A stretch of 64,000 nucleotides of DNA from Candidatus Moraniibacteriota bacterium (GTDB lineage Bacteria; Patescibacteriota; Minisyncoccia; Moranbacterales; DUUL01). The notes under the pieces were generated by a model. That model did no database searches. It saw only the letters and a list, made by a program, of their open reading frames with translations, and was not told the origin of the DNA. Of this stretch, positions 1 through 9,119 are shown piece by piece. Numbering within the stretch: position 1 is the stretch's first letter; every line of letters begins with the position of its first letter. The translations under genes were made by a program, and so were the position numbers. The stretch covers positions 12,340 through 76,339 of the forward strand of contig JALVDV010000003.1 of NCBI GenBank assembly GCA_027008775.1, read 5' to 3'.

Positions 1-1773
1 ATGGCCACTCTCTACCGAAAATATCGCCCCCGGACTTTCAGCGAGATCAGCGGACAAGAATACGTTCTGCAAACCTTGACCAACGCCATCAGAAACAATC
101 GCTTCGGCCACGCCTACTTATTCACCGGCCCCCGCGGAACCGGTAAAACCACCACCGCCAGAATATTTGCTAAAACAATCAACTGTTTAAAACCGCTTAC
201 CAAAACCAAAAAATCCCACATTAAAATAGAACCTTGCAACAAGTGTAAAAATTGCCAGATAGTCAACAAAAACCAAGCTATTGACATCATAGAAATAGAT
301 GCCGCCTCTCACACCGGCGTGGATAACATCCGCCAGCTTAAAGAAGCTATTGATACTCCACCTTCCCATCTGCGCTACAAAGTCTATATTATAGACGAAG
401 TGCACATGCTTTCCCTGGGCGCCTTCAACGCCTTGTTAAAAACACTGGAGGAACCGCCCCAACACACTATTTTCATCTTGGCTACCACCGAACTTCACAA
501 AGTTCCGGAAACAATAATTTCCCGCTGTCAACAGTTCAACATTAAACCCCTCACTAAAGAGGAGATCATTAAAAAACTGTCCTCTATCGCCAAAAAAGAA
601 AAAATTAAATTAGACAAGGAGGCCTTGAATTTAATCGCCACTGAAGCCAATGGCGGAATGCGCGACGCCGAATCACTTTTGGACCAACTCATTTCTTTAC
701 ACAATCGCCAGGAAATTAACGACGAAGATGTTCGCCACATTTTAGGATTATCTTCTCGTCAAAGTATTTTAAAACTAACGGAAAAAATTGCTGAGAAAGA
801 TCTAAAGAAAACTTTGGAAATTATCAATAATCTGGAATTCAGCGGAACCAATTTAAAATCATTCACTCAACAACTACTTAATTTTATGCACGACCTGCTT
901 CTTTTCAAAACTACCGGCGCTCAAAACGAAATTCTGCAAAAACAACTGACAGCCGAAGAAATAAACGACTTGGAAAAACTGGCTAAAAAATTCTCCCTGC
1001 CGGAGCTTCTAAAACTAACTGAGCTTATCCAGCAAAGTTTGGAACAAAGTAATTACAGTGAAATTCCTCAATTATCACTGGAAATGGCCGTTTTAAAATT
1101 TCAGCTAGTGTCAACTTCTTCCAAAAAAGAAGAAAACTCTTCCTCCGAACAAGACTCTAAAAAAAAAGTCCTTTCTCCGCAAAAGAAGAAAAACGAGAAA
1201 ATAACAAAAAACGAAATGGTTGAAGATAACCCGGTTCAACCCAAAAAAACACCCGGACCAAAAAGAAAAAGTTCCCAAGCGTCAACAGAAAAAGAGTCTA
1301 CTCAAACACCAGAAAGCGAATCAGACAAAACAATAAAATCAAATCAGTCAATCAGTATCAACCAGTTTCTGCAACAATGGAATACAATTTTAGATGAAGT
1401 AAACAAAGTCAACAGAAGTTTATTCGCCTTTCTTAGCGTCTCTATTCCTCAAAATATTCAAGATGGTTCTGTTTGGATTAAAACTAAGTTTTCCTTCCAT
1501 CAAGAACAACTTTCCAAACCGGAAAACAAATTGACAATAGAAAAGGTCTTTGCTAGAATACTGCGAGTGCCATTGAGGGTCAGATTTATTGTGGATGAAA
1601 CAAAAACAGAAGAAAAATCGCCAACAACAGAAACTATTCCGGAAACAGAAAAACCCTCAACAACCGAAAAGGAAACCGCGCCAGAAGATGACTCGCTCAA
1701 CAGCCAACAATCAGCAGAAGAAAATTTATTATACGAAGCTCTTCGTCAAGTTGGTGGTAGAATTGTGGAATAA
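1..1773 (+). CDS. dnaX: DNA polymerase III subunit gamma/tau
   Basis: N-terminus MATLYRKYRPRTFSEISGQ...FTGPRGTGKTTTARIFAKTINC is the AAA+ clamp-loader Walker A and sensor; 590 aa with a low-complexity K/E/S-rich linker. Confidence 0.95.
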   Translation: MATLYRKYRPRTFSEISGQEYVLQTLTNAIRNNRFGHAYLFTGPRGTGKTTTARIFAKTINCLKPLTKTKKSHIKIEPCNKCKNCQIVNKNQAIDIIEIDAASHTGVDNIRQLKEAIDTPPSHLRYKVYIIDEVHMLSLGAFNALLKTLEEPPQHTIFILATTELHKVPETIISRCQQFNIKPLTKEEIIKKLSSIAKKEKIKLDKEALNLIATEANGGMRDAESLLDQLISLHNRQEINDEDVRHILGLSSRQSILKLTEKIAEKDLKKTLEIINNLEFSGTNLKSFTQQLLNFMHDLLLFKTTGAQNEILQKQLTAEEINDLEKLAKKFSLPELLKLTELIQQSLEQSNYSEIPQLSLEMAVLKFQLVSTSSKKEENSSSEQDSKKKVLSPQKKKNEKITKNEMVEDNPVQPKKTPGPKRKSSQASTEKESTQTPESESDKTIKSNQSISINQFLQQWNTILDEVNKVNRSLFAFLSVSIPQNIQDGSVWIKTKFSFHQEQLSKPENKLTIEKVFARILRVPLRVRFIVDETKTEEKSPTTETIPETEKPSTTEKETAPEDDSLNSQQSAEENLLYEALRQVGGRIVE

Positions 1774-1789
1774 GAAAACATAAGAATAT

Positions 1790-1861
1790 TGCCCGGTCGC
1801 CAAGTGGTAAGGCACATGGTTTTGGTCCATGCATTCGGGGGTTCGAATCCCTCCCGGGCAA
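1790..1861 (+). tRNA. tRNA-Gln (anticodon TTG)
   Basis: Cloverleaf read by eye: acceptor TGCCCGG/CCGGGCA, D-arm TCGCCAAGTGGTAAGGCA (close to E. coli tRNA-Gln), anticodon stem CATGG/CCATG with loop TTTTGGT, T-arm GGGGGTTCGAATCCCTC. Confidence 0.85.
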
Positions 1862-1935
1862 CAACAGAAAACAAGAGTCGGGAAATCAACCAAAATCAAA
1901 ATTTAATAGAAAACCCGCAAAAAAGCAAAAACAAA

Positions 1936-3102
1936 ATGCATTCAAATCAATTCAACTATCTCAAAATTCCCCACGCTTTTCATATATTCAGAAAAGGGAT
2001 TTATTCTTTGTATATTGCTCACGCTATCAGAGGATTTGTCGCCTCTTTAATAGGCTTTTTCATTCCTATTTATTTTTACAAAATCGGTTTAAACATTCCG
2101 GAAATTCTGCTTTATTATATTATTACTTATTTTTTCATCATCCTCTTCTCCATTGTCGTTGGCGGTATTGGCAATAAAGTTGGCCTCAAACACACTATGA
2201 TTATTAGCCTGCCTCTCTACCTACTCTACCTCGGCGGAATTATGCTCCTAAAAAAATATCCCTCCCCAACCTTCCTCTACAGCCTAGCTATTTTCGGCGC
2301 TTTCATTTCCGCCCTTTATTGGGTTCCTCTACATTGCCTTTTTGTCCGCCTCTCCTCTAACAAAAATCAGGATAAACAAAAACAAGTCGGGCTACTGTTC
2401 TCCGTCCGCAGTCTGGGTAGTATGATTGCGCCTCTCCTCGGCGGTTTAATATCCATTCTCTTTGGCTTTGAAGCTCTTTTCGCCACTGCTATCTTTATCT
2501 TAATTATTCCCATCATCATTCTCTTGAACTCCAAAGATATCCATCCCCATATCAATTTTTCCAGTGCCGATCTTTGGCTCTTTTTCCGTAAACACACTCG
2601 TCTTTTTATCATTATCCTCCTAGACGCTTTCGCCACTTTTGCTGACGATATTATTTGGCCATTGCTGGTCTTTCTCATCCTCCGCGATACAGTCAGTGTC
2701 GGCGTGGTTGGTAGTCTTATCGGCGTTGGCACAATTGTCTTCACTCTGATTATCGGTAAAATCATCGCCAAAAATGATTGGCAAAGAATTATCAAAGTAT
2801 CCGCCTTTATGTTGGCTTTTCTTTGGATTGTTAAAGCCTTTTTTGCCAATGAAAAAATCTCCATTTACACCATTTCCTTGGTGGCAGCCATGTTTGCTTT
2901 AATGTTTTCCGTCCCCCTTTCCAGTAAAACTTATTCTCTGGCAAAACGGAATAAAAACTTGGATGAGTTTATTGTCTTCCGCCAAATGGTCGTCTACCTC
3001 GGTAGACTGATGGCGGTTTTCTTTGCTATAATCTTGGTATCACAACTCAATATCTCTCTCTTACTAAGTGGAGTCGCCTACTTCATCATCAGCCTTTTCT
3101 AG
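1936..3102 (+). CDS. polytopic membrane protein, MFS-type transporter-like
   Basis: ORF 1789..3102 overlaps the tRNA at its 5' end; the first plausible start is internal Met (MHSNQF) at 1936; about 10-12 hydrophobic helices; start uncertain. Confidence 0.6.
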   Translation: MHSNQFNYLKIPHAFHIFRKGIYSLYIAHAIRGFVASLIGFFIPIYFYKIGLNIPEILLYYIITYFFIILFSIVVGGIGNKVGLKHTMIISLPLYLLYLGGIMLLKKYPSPTFLYSLAIFGAFISALYWVPLHCLFVRLSSNKNQDKQKQVGLLFSVRSLGSMIAPLLGGLISILFGFEALFATAIFILIIPIIILLNSKDIHPHINFSSADLWLFFRKHTRLFIIILLDAFATFADDIIWPLLVFLILRDTVSVGVVGSLIGVGTIVFTLIIGKIIAKNDWQRIIKVSAFMLAFLWIVKAFFANEKISIYTISLVAAMFALMFSVPLSSKTYSLAKRNKNLDEFIVFRQMVVYLGRLMAVFFAIILVSQLNISLLLSGVAYFIISLF

Positions 3103-3118
3103 AACAAATTCAACAACA

Positions 3119-4678
3119 ATGAAAAAGACCTCTCCTTCACCACACCGAACTAAAATCGTTTGGACGGGATTTTTTATTAGATTAGCCGTCCTTTTTCTTA
3201 TCGCGGTTCTTTTTTATTTGGGCAATTTCGTTTTCAATCTAAATAAAAATATCGCCCGCATAACCACCAATCAACAAGAATCATCAACCAAAGACCAAGC
3301 TTTCACCGAATTGAAAACATTTCAGGAAATTGTTAAATCATCTTCCGATGAAACCAAATTAAAACAACAAAATAATCGTATAAACATCCTTCTCCTTGGC
3401 GTTGGCGGACAAGGACACAAAGGCGCTTACCTCACCGACACCATCACCCTCCTTTCCATAAACACCCAAACCTATCAAACAGCTATGCTATCCATTCCGC
3501 GAGATCTTTATGTTCAAATTCCCGGCACCAACTATCACACCAAAATAAACGCTCTTTACACCTACGGCCTGAAAAACCAAAACAAATCTCCCGGCGAGGC
3601 CATCTCCCTCATCAAAAAAAGCGTGGAAAAAATCACCGGACAAAAAATAAATTATTACATTGTTCTTGATTTTGAGGGCTTCAAAGAAATAATCAAAACT
3701 CTGGGCGGAATTGACTTGGAAGTCCCCACCGACATTGTTGATAACCGTTACCCCGGACCGAATTATTCTTATGAAACCTTTAAAATATCAAAAGGCTTTC
3801 ACCATCTGGATGCGGAAACGGCTCTCAAATACGCTCGCGTTCGTCACGTGGCTGGCGGAGACTTTGGACGCGCCCAACGTCAACAACAAATAATCGCCAG
3901 TGTCAAGAAAAAAGCGACCTCTCTAAAAATATTGTTTAATCCCTTAAAAATCAATTCCATTCTCAACAGCCTGGGCGAGCACCTGCGCACAAACATTAAA
4001 CCTTCGGAAATAGCGCCCTTTATTAAACTGGCCAAAAACATCAACATCTACCAAACTAACACCAAAGTCCTTGATGCCTGGAGTAAGGATTCCCTACTTA
4101 AATCCGACCACGTTCAACTGGGAGGAGTTTGGGCTTACATTTTGCTCCCCAAAGACAAATCTTACCACTCCATCCAAGCGCTAGCCGAAAATATTTTCAA
4201 TCTTAAAAATTTACAGGAGAAAAAAGAGAATATTCGCCAAGAGCAAGCTAACATAGAAATTCTTACTCCCGACTATAATTCCTACATTCATTTCAAAAAA
4301 ATATTTCAAAACTGGGGCTATCGCATCCAACCTTATCGCCCTCAAAAATACACTCAAATTTGCCCCCTCAACCAAGAAATTCTTCTGGCTCCTCGCCAAA
4401 CCAATAAACTATTTACCATTGACGATTTAGTTGCTAAACTTGATTTAAAGGTAATTTACTACACCGAAGAAGAAAGGAAAGAAAAGAACAAAAATGAAGC
4501 AAGTGAAAAACCATCTTCCACAACCGGAAAAACCGGAGAAAACAATAAAACTGACATCACTATTTGTCTGCTAAAAGACAGCTATCGCTATTTTGAGAAT
4601 CAAAGCCGAAACAAAAACTCAAAAGTTGAAGAAAATTCAATTTTAAATACTCAAGGAGAAGTGCTTATCAATAAATAA
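3119..4678 (+). CDS. LytR-CpsA-Psr (LCP) family cell-envelope phosphotransferase
   Basis: N-terminal TM helix then INILLLGVGGQGHKGAYLTDTITLLSINTQTYQTAMLSIPRDLYVQIPG...TKINALYTYG, the typical LCP catalytic domain; start taken at MKKTSP. Confidence 0.85.
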   Translation: MKKTSPSPHRTKIVWTGFFIRLAVLFLIAVLFYLGNFVFNLNKNIARITTNQQESSTKDQAFTELKTFQEIVKSSSDETKLKQQNNRINILLLGVGGQGHKGAYLTDTITLLSINTQTYQTAMLSIPRDLYVQIPGTNYHTKINALYTYGLKNQNKSPGEAISLIKKSVEKITGQKINYYIVLDFEGFKEIIKTLGGIDLEVPTDIVDNRYPGPNYSYETFKISKGFHHLDAETALKYARVRHVAGGDFGRAQRQQQIIASVKKKATSLKILFNPLKINSILNSLGEHLRTNIKPSEIAPFIKLAKNINIYQTNTKVLDAWSKDSLLKSDHVQLGGVWAYILLPKDKSYHSIQALAENIFNLKNLQEKKENIRQEQANIEILTPDYNSYIHFKKIFQNWGYRIQPYRPQKYTQICPLNQEILLAPRQTNKLFTIDDLVAKLDLKVIYYTEEERKEKNKNEASEKPSSTTGKTGENNKTDITICLLKDSYRYFENQSRNKNSKVEENSILNTQGEVLINK

Positions 4679-4685
4679 ATATTTT

Positions 4686-5324
4686 ATGTCTGAAGAAAAA
4701 AATTATTTGGTCGTCGGTCTGGGAAATCCGGGCCCGGAATACGCTTACACCAGACACAACATTGGCTTCCGGATTCTGGAAAATTGGCTGTTTAACTTGA
4801 ATTTGACCGACAACTCTCCAATTGACAAACTGAAGTTTAATCAGAAACACCAGGCTAAATTAGGCATTATCAAATTGAATAATCGCAAAATCATCGCAGC
4901 TGAACCTCAAACTTTTATGAACAATTCCGGCTCTGCCGTCGCCTCCCTACAAAAATATTATCGGATTCCTCTGGAAAACATTTTGGTCATCCAAGATGAA
5001 TTGGATCTACCCCTGGGACAAGTCAGAATTTCTCGCTCCTCCGGACCGGCCGGCCACAACGGCCTAAAATCAATCATCCAACAATTGGGCAGTAACGATT
5101 TTTCTCGCCTCCGCCTGGGTATTGCCCCAAAGGAAAAACAAAAAATCAAACAAAAAGATTTTGTCCTAAACAAGTTTTCTCCTACCGAAGAAAAAATTAT
5201 TGATCAAATTCTGCCTCTCTCTAATGAAATTATAACCTATTTCATCAAACATGGCTTCTCCGCCACCGCCAATAAATTCAACAATCCCGATAGCCTTGCA
5301 AGAAACAAAAGTCTAGAAAAATAA
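4686..5324 (+). CDS. pth: peptidyl-tRNA hydrolase
   Basis: LVVGLGNPGPEYAYTRHNIGF...GHNGLKS signature motifs. Confidence 0.95.
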   Translation: MSEEKNYLVVGLGNPGPEYAYTRHNIGFRILENWLFNLNLTDNSPIDKLKFNQKHQAKLGIIKLNNRKIIAAEPQTFMNNSGSAVASLQKYYRIPLENILVIQDELDLPLGQVRISRSSGPAGHNGLKSIIQQLGSNDFSRLRLGIAPKEKQKIKQKDFVLNKFSPTEEKIIDQILPLSNEIITYFIKHGFSATANKFNNPDSLARNKSLEK

Positions 5325-5583
5325 AAAGCGCTGTACCACCCATGGCACCTAGCAAGACATAGGAGGGAAAAGTCTTACTAAATAATCCACGGGCAGTACA
5401 GCACTTTCTGGTAATTTTAAAAAACCGCAAGTCATCTGCACAACAACCATCGCTCCAACAATCGGATAAAGCATTATAACAAAATCTCAAAAAAAGTCAA
5501 GAGCAATCAAAGAAAAAAGGGGATGATGCGCTGACCATCCCCCATAAATTTTTGCCACTCTCCCGGGAAACCACCGGGATAAA

Positions 5584-5604
5584 CCGGACCGGACCCTGGT
5601 CCGG
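5584..5604. terminator. weak hairpin between convergent pth and the 5611..6015 gene
   Basis: CCGGACC-N7-GGTCCGG followed by GGATTTTC on + and TTTAT on the minus strand. Confidence 0.35.
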
Positions 5605-5610
5605 GGATTT

Positions 5611-6015
5611 TCAAGGGTTACAACGGCGTCTCAACAACTCTCTTAAGTGATCAGAGAGTTGTACATTCTTTCCCTTAACAATAACGGGGAAAGAACAAAC
5701 CTTGTATTTTTCATCGGGCAACTTGTAAATCACCCAGTTGCCACAATGAAAAAGAAACTCCGAATACACTCCACCCCCCCAATCCAAAAAAGCCGGGGGA
5801 TAAGCCTTTTTAGAAAAAGGTTGGCTTGGAGGGATGTAAATCTTTAAAAAATTTCCCTCCACATCAGCAAAAATCTCCTCCCTGTTATCGTTATTCACCA
5901 TCACTACTTCTCCCTGTTTTCTAAAGCATAAAAACAGGGAATCAATGAACAAGCAAATGAACGGTGACAGTAAGAATAAAAAAATTACCAAAAAACCAAT
6001 CACAAATCTCCTCAT
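5611..6015 (-). CDS. hypothetical membrane-anchored protein
   Basis: 134-aa ORF with N-terminal hydrophobic helix; strong RBS GAGGAGGG 8 nt upstream of ATG on the minus strand. Confidence 0.6.
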   Translation of the reverse strand: MRRFVIGFLVIFLFLLSPFICLFIDSLFLCFRKQGEVVMVNNDNREEIFADVEGNFLKIYIPPSQPFSKKAYPPAFLDWGGGVYSEFLFHCGNWVIYKLPDEKYKVCSFPVIVKGKNVQLSDHLRELLRRRCNP

Positions 6016-6243
6016 TTTTTTACCCTCCTCTTTTTTGGTATATTTTTAATATTTTAATGTACTTTAATACTTTGAAGAACTTACAAATGGTATACCAGCA
6101 AAAACAATTTTAATCAAGAGTCACTTCTGCCGAACTCCGAATGAAAACATTGCTTGCCAATTTTCAGACTAAAACATTATTGATCAAAAACCAATCCGCG
6201 CCACAGAAATCAAGTCCACTAATACACACAATTAATTAACCAA

Positions 6244-6740
6244 ACTCTTACATCAGCAACTCTACTGCGTTTTGCACCGAATAACTCACTTCATATCAAC
6301 AACTTCATTTATTTCACATCAAAAACCCCTTTCCACATCAAGAACTCTGACTTCATCTTGAAAACCATACTTTATACCGGAAACCTTATATTCTAATCAA
6401 AAAATCTCGTGCCAGAAACCATGTTTTACGACAGAGACACCAAAAGGGTTTATACCAAAGACTACATTTATACCGGAAATTTACATCAGAAACTACGTCT
6501 TATAAGAAAGATTGTAACCCACATTAAAAATTACATTTACATCGAAAACCTCACTTTTACATCACCAATTCCGTTACTTTACACATTAGAATATTTGCTT
6601 CACGTCAAAAACTCTATTCTATGTCAGAAACTCTATATTTTTACGCCTGACACTCTGCATTTTACACCAGAAAAATTTTACACCAAAAATCACATTTCAC
6701 ACCAGCAGTCCCACCTCAAAAAGAATCAAAAACCACACCT
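6244..6740. repeat. array of about 25 degenerate 19-20-bp tandem repeats (consensus approx TTTTACAYCAGAAACTCTA)
   Basis: Read directly: units such as tttcacatcaaaaacccct / ttccacatcaagaactctgac / tttataccggaaaccttata / tttacatcgaaaacctcac / ttttacaccagaaaaatt recur head-to-tail; the period is not a multiple of 3. Confidence 0.7.
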
Positions 6741-7010
6741 ACTATCATATAAGGTTGTATGATAGTATTTCACAAATCCGTTTAAAAAAGCCAAAAATCA
6801 AAAGTCAAAAAGCCAAAAAGTCATAATCACTCTTATATAAGGTTGTATGATAGTATTTTGCAAATCCGTTCAAAAAACATCAAAAAACAAAAGAACAAAA
6901 AACCATAACCACTATCATATAAGGTTATATGATAGTGTTTCACAAATCCACTCAAAAAAATAAAAAATAAAAAAGCGCATCTACTATCATATAAGGTTGT
7001 ATGATAGTAC
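6741..7010. repeat. four tandem 72-90-bp units, each with the inverted repeat ACTATCATA-N8-TATGATAGT followed by TTTCACAAATCC and an A-rich linker
   Basis: Palindromes at 6741-6766, 6829-6854 (2 mismatches in left arm), 6911-6936 (1 mismatch), 6983-7008. Confidence 0.8.
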
Positions 7011-7225
7011 TTCATAAAAAACCAATTTATTCAGCTTGTTTGCGGTTTTTTGATCTATTTTACCTATTCCTATCCATTGACCGCGCTGCCTCAATCATAA
7101 TGTAGCTCGCAAATACAAGTAAAAAGTATTATCACTTTCTCTTTTAAGAACAAATTTCAAAAACAAAAATACACTCACCCATCATCATTCAAAATTAGAA
7201 AACAGGAAACAAAAACGATCTATTT

Positions 7226-7260
7226 CAAACAAAAAAACCCGATAACGCCAACATGTTATC
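7226..7260 (-). terminator. rho-independent terminator after the DUF167 gene
   Basis: Minus-strand GATAAC-N8-GTTATC hairpin followed by GGGTTTTTTTGTTTG. Confidence 0.55.
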
Positions 7261-7356
7261 AGATTAACCGGCGCAATTACACGATAAAGGCGAAGAAATA
7301 TTCATCAAGACAGTAATCGGGCGGTGTCTCACCAAAATCGGCAAGAAATACAACTC

Positions 7357-7602
7357 CTAATTTTTATCAACCAACACATCAACAATTTTAATTCTGGCTG
7401 TTTGCCCAACCAGAATTCGCACGTTTGACTTGGAAACTCCGAAATACTCAGCCAAGAGTTTAATCAAGGCCTTGTTTGCCTTTCCCTTTTCTGGCGTCGC
7501 CGTCAACCAAACTTTATACTCATTCTCGGTAATCTTTTTAACCTGATTTTTTCCGGCTTTAGGTGTCACTTTTACATAAATTCTCTTCTGCTCCATTGTC
7601 AT
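7357..7602 (-). CDS. DUF167 (YggU-like) family protein
   Basis: 81 aa; KIYVKVTPKAGKNQV...KGKANKALIKLLAEYFGVSKSNVRILVGQTAR matches the YggU/UPF0235 family. Confidence 0.75.
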   Translation of the reverse strand: MTMEQKRIYVKVTPKAGKNQVKKITENEYKVWLTATPEKGKANKALIKLLAEYFGVSKSNVRILVGQTARIKIVDVLVDKN

Positions 7603-7641
7603 TTTAGCTTAGTTTTCCCGATACGGAAAACTCTTTCAGCT

Positions 7642-8253
7642 CTATTCAAATAATTCCGCCAAAGCGATTTTGCATCTTTTTTCATCCGGTCTATTCAGCC
7701 TACGTCTAACTCTCGTTAATTTATGAGGATGTTTTTTAAGATAATAGCGCAACCTTTCCCTATCTCGCAAATCAAAACGACCCCCAATCAACTTACGGAA
7801 AACATTTTTTCTTTGAGCAAAGTTATAAACAATCTCCGGCAGGTCGCTCAGATCAAAATCATTACCCACTTCAATTCTATTTTTATCTTCATTAAACCGA
7901 GGTTCCATATCCCTTCTATACTTTTTAAGTTTTAATTTGGCCAAACGCTTTTTTAAAATTTCCTGACTAGCCTTCTCTAAATTACCACCCTCCGAATCAC
8001 TTTTCTCTTGCCTATATTGCCCTGCCTTAAACAACGCATCCAGCGGAGCTATCCCTTTCTTGCCTCGCTCTTGTTCCTCCCAGCCCGACATACTCTTTAT
8101 AGCTTCATTTTTTTTGCTGTATTGCCCTGTTCCCAGTAGCGCATCTAGCGGAGCTATCTTTTTTTTAGGTTTTGTGCTGCCACCCCTGTCTTCCAGAACT
8201 CTAGGCCCCTCCCCCTCTTTTTTCTTGCCAAATAAAATTTCAAATAATCCCAT
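7642..8253 (-). CDS. hypothetical basic protein with duplicated IAPLDAL..GQY motif
   Basis: 203 aa; internal repeat KKKIAPLDALLGTGQYSKK / KKGIAPLDALFKAGQYRQE; no recognisable catalytic motif. Confidence 0.55.
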   Translation of the reverse strand: MGLFEILFGKKKEGEGPRVLEDRGGSTKPKKKIAPLDALLGTGQYSKKNEAIKSMSGWEEQERGKKGIAPLDALFKAGQYRQEKSDSEGGNLEKASQEILKKRLAKLKLKKYRRDMEPRFNEDKNRIEVGNDFDLSDLPEIVYNFAQRKNVFRKLIGGRFDLRDRERLRYYLKKHPHKLTRVRRRLNRPDEKRCKIALAELFE

Positions 8254-8371
8254 TTTAGAAAAAATAAATTATTACTTTGCAAACTTACTATAATCCATTT
8301 TAACTCATTTTAAAATAAGCAGATAAGAGCTCCGGAACACGCGAAAGCTCTCAACCCATTGTTTCACTAAA

Positions 8372-9106
8372 TCACTTTCTCCCCAACAACTCTCCAATTG
8401 TTGTTTTCCTCAGACTGCTTTTCTCCCGCGATCTTTTTACCGAACTAGAGTGCAAATCAACATTTGCTTTTCGCAAACGAGTGCCCCCCTGACGAAAGAC
8501 ACTCTTAATTGCCGCTCTTTCTCTGGCTGAGATACTTCTCAGACCCGATTTCTTTCGTCCAACTCGACTACGCTCCATCGCCTTTATAATCTCCTTGGGC
8601 AAATTAAACCTATCCAGCTCAATTCCTTCTCCCAAGAGAAATACATTCTTTCTGCTGTTGTACTTTATTTCATCCGGTTGCAAACGACTACTAACTTTTA
8701 AACCGACATCCCAAAATGCGTCAGGTAAAACAGTCTTTCTTCCCACACTTTTACCGGACAACATTCCTCTGTCAGAGTTTATTTGAGGCTCCTTCCTGCG
8801 TCTATCCCCAACGAAAAGACGGTCAAGCATTTTATCCAGAGCGCCACCCCTTCTCTTTTCAACCTTTTTCTCGCCGGCCTTCTCCGCCCAAGACTTTCTT
8901 TGCCAAAAGTTAGTCCCGGGATCATTCATTGTTCCCCCAACCGAATGATTCCCGCTATCAGACATTCCTTTCGCCTGAGGTGTAAATCTGTTGGCGCGAC
9001 CGGCGCCAAACTTACTTCTCGAAGAAGGAGCAGAAGAGAAAGCGGGTTTAATCACCCTCCTAAAACTACCACCCAATCCGCCACCGGAGAAATTTCTTCG
9101 CAACAT
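8372..9106 (-). CDS. hypothetical Arg/Ser/Gly-rich basic protein
   Basis: 244 aa, low complexity, probably disordered; in an apparent operon with flanking minus-strand genes. Confidence 0.5.
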   Translation of the reverse strand: MLRRNFSGGGLGGSFRRVIKPAFSSAPSSRSKFGAGRANRFTPQAKGMSDSGNHSVGGTMNDPGTNFWQRKSWAEKAGEKKVEKRRGGALDKMLDRLFVGDRRRKEPQINSDRGMLSGKSVGRKTVLPDAFWDVGLKVSSRLQPDEIKYNSRKNVFLLGEGIELDRFNLPKEIIKAMERSRVGRKKSGLRSISARERAAIKSVFRQGGTRLRKANVDLHSSSVKRSREKSSLRKTTIGELLGRK

Positions 9107-9119
9107 AAAAATAATGCTT

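Noticed and set aside
1789-1935. 5' extension of the membrane-protein ORF back to 1789
   Set aside because: It would overlap the complete tRNA-Gln gene on the same strand. The internal Met at 1936 is the first start clear of the tRNA.
6409-6762. 117-aa ORF through the 19-bp repeat array as a repeat protein
   Set aside because: The repeat period is not a multiple of 3 and the ORF is a chance open frame in A/T-rich repeats. No RBS is present.
6244-7010. CRISPR array
   Set aside because: The repeats are degenerate rather than identical. The 'spacers' are A-rich low-complexity and similar to one another. Unit length drifts (89, 81, 72 bp; 19-20 bp for the short units). No cas genes anywhere in the window.
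6016-7356. Chromosomal origin of replication (oriC)
   Set aside because: No TTATCCACA-type DnaA boxes are recognisable, and dnaA/dnaN are not adjacent (the nearby replication gene is dnaX). I cannot compute GC skew here. Kept only as an alternative to test, not called.
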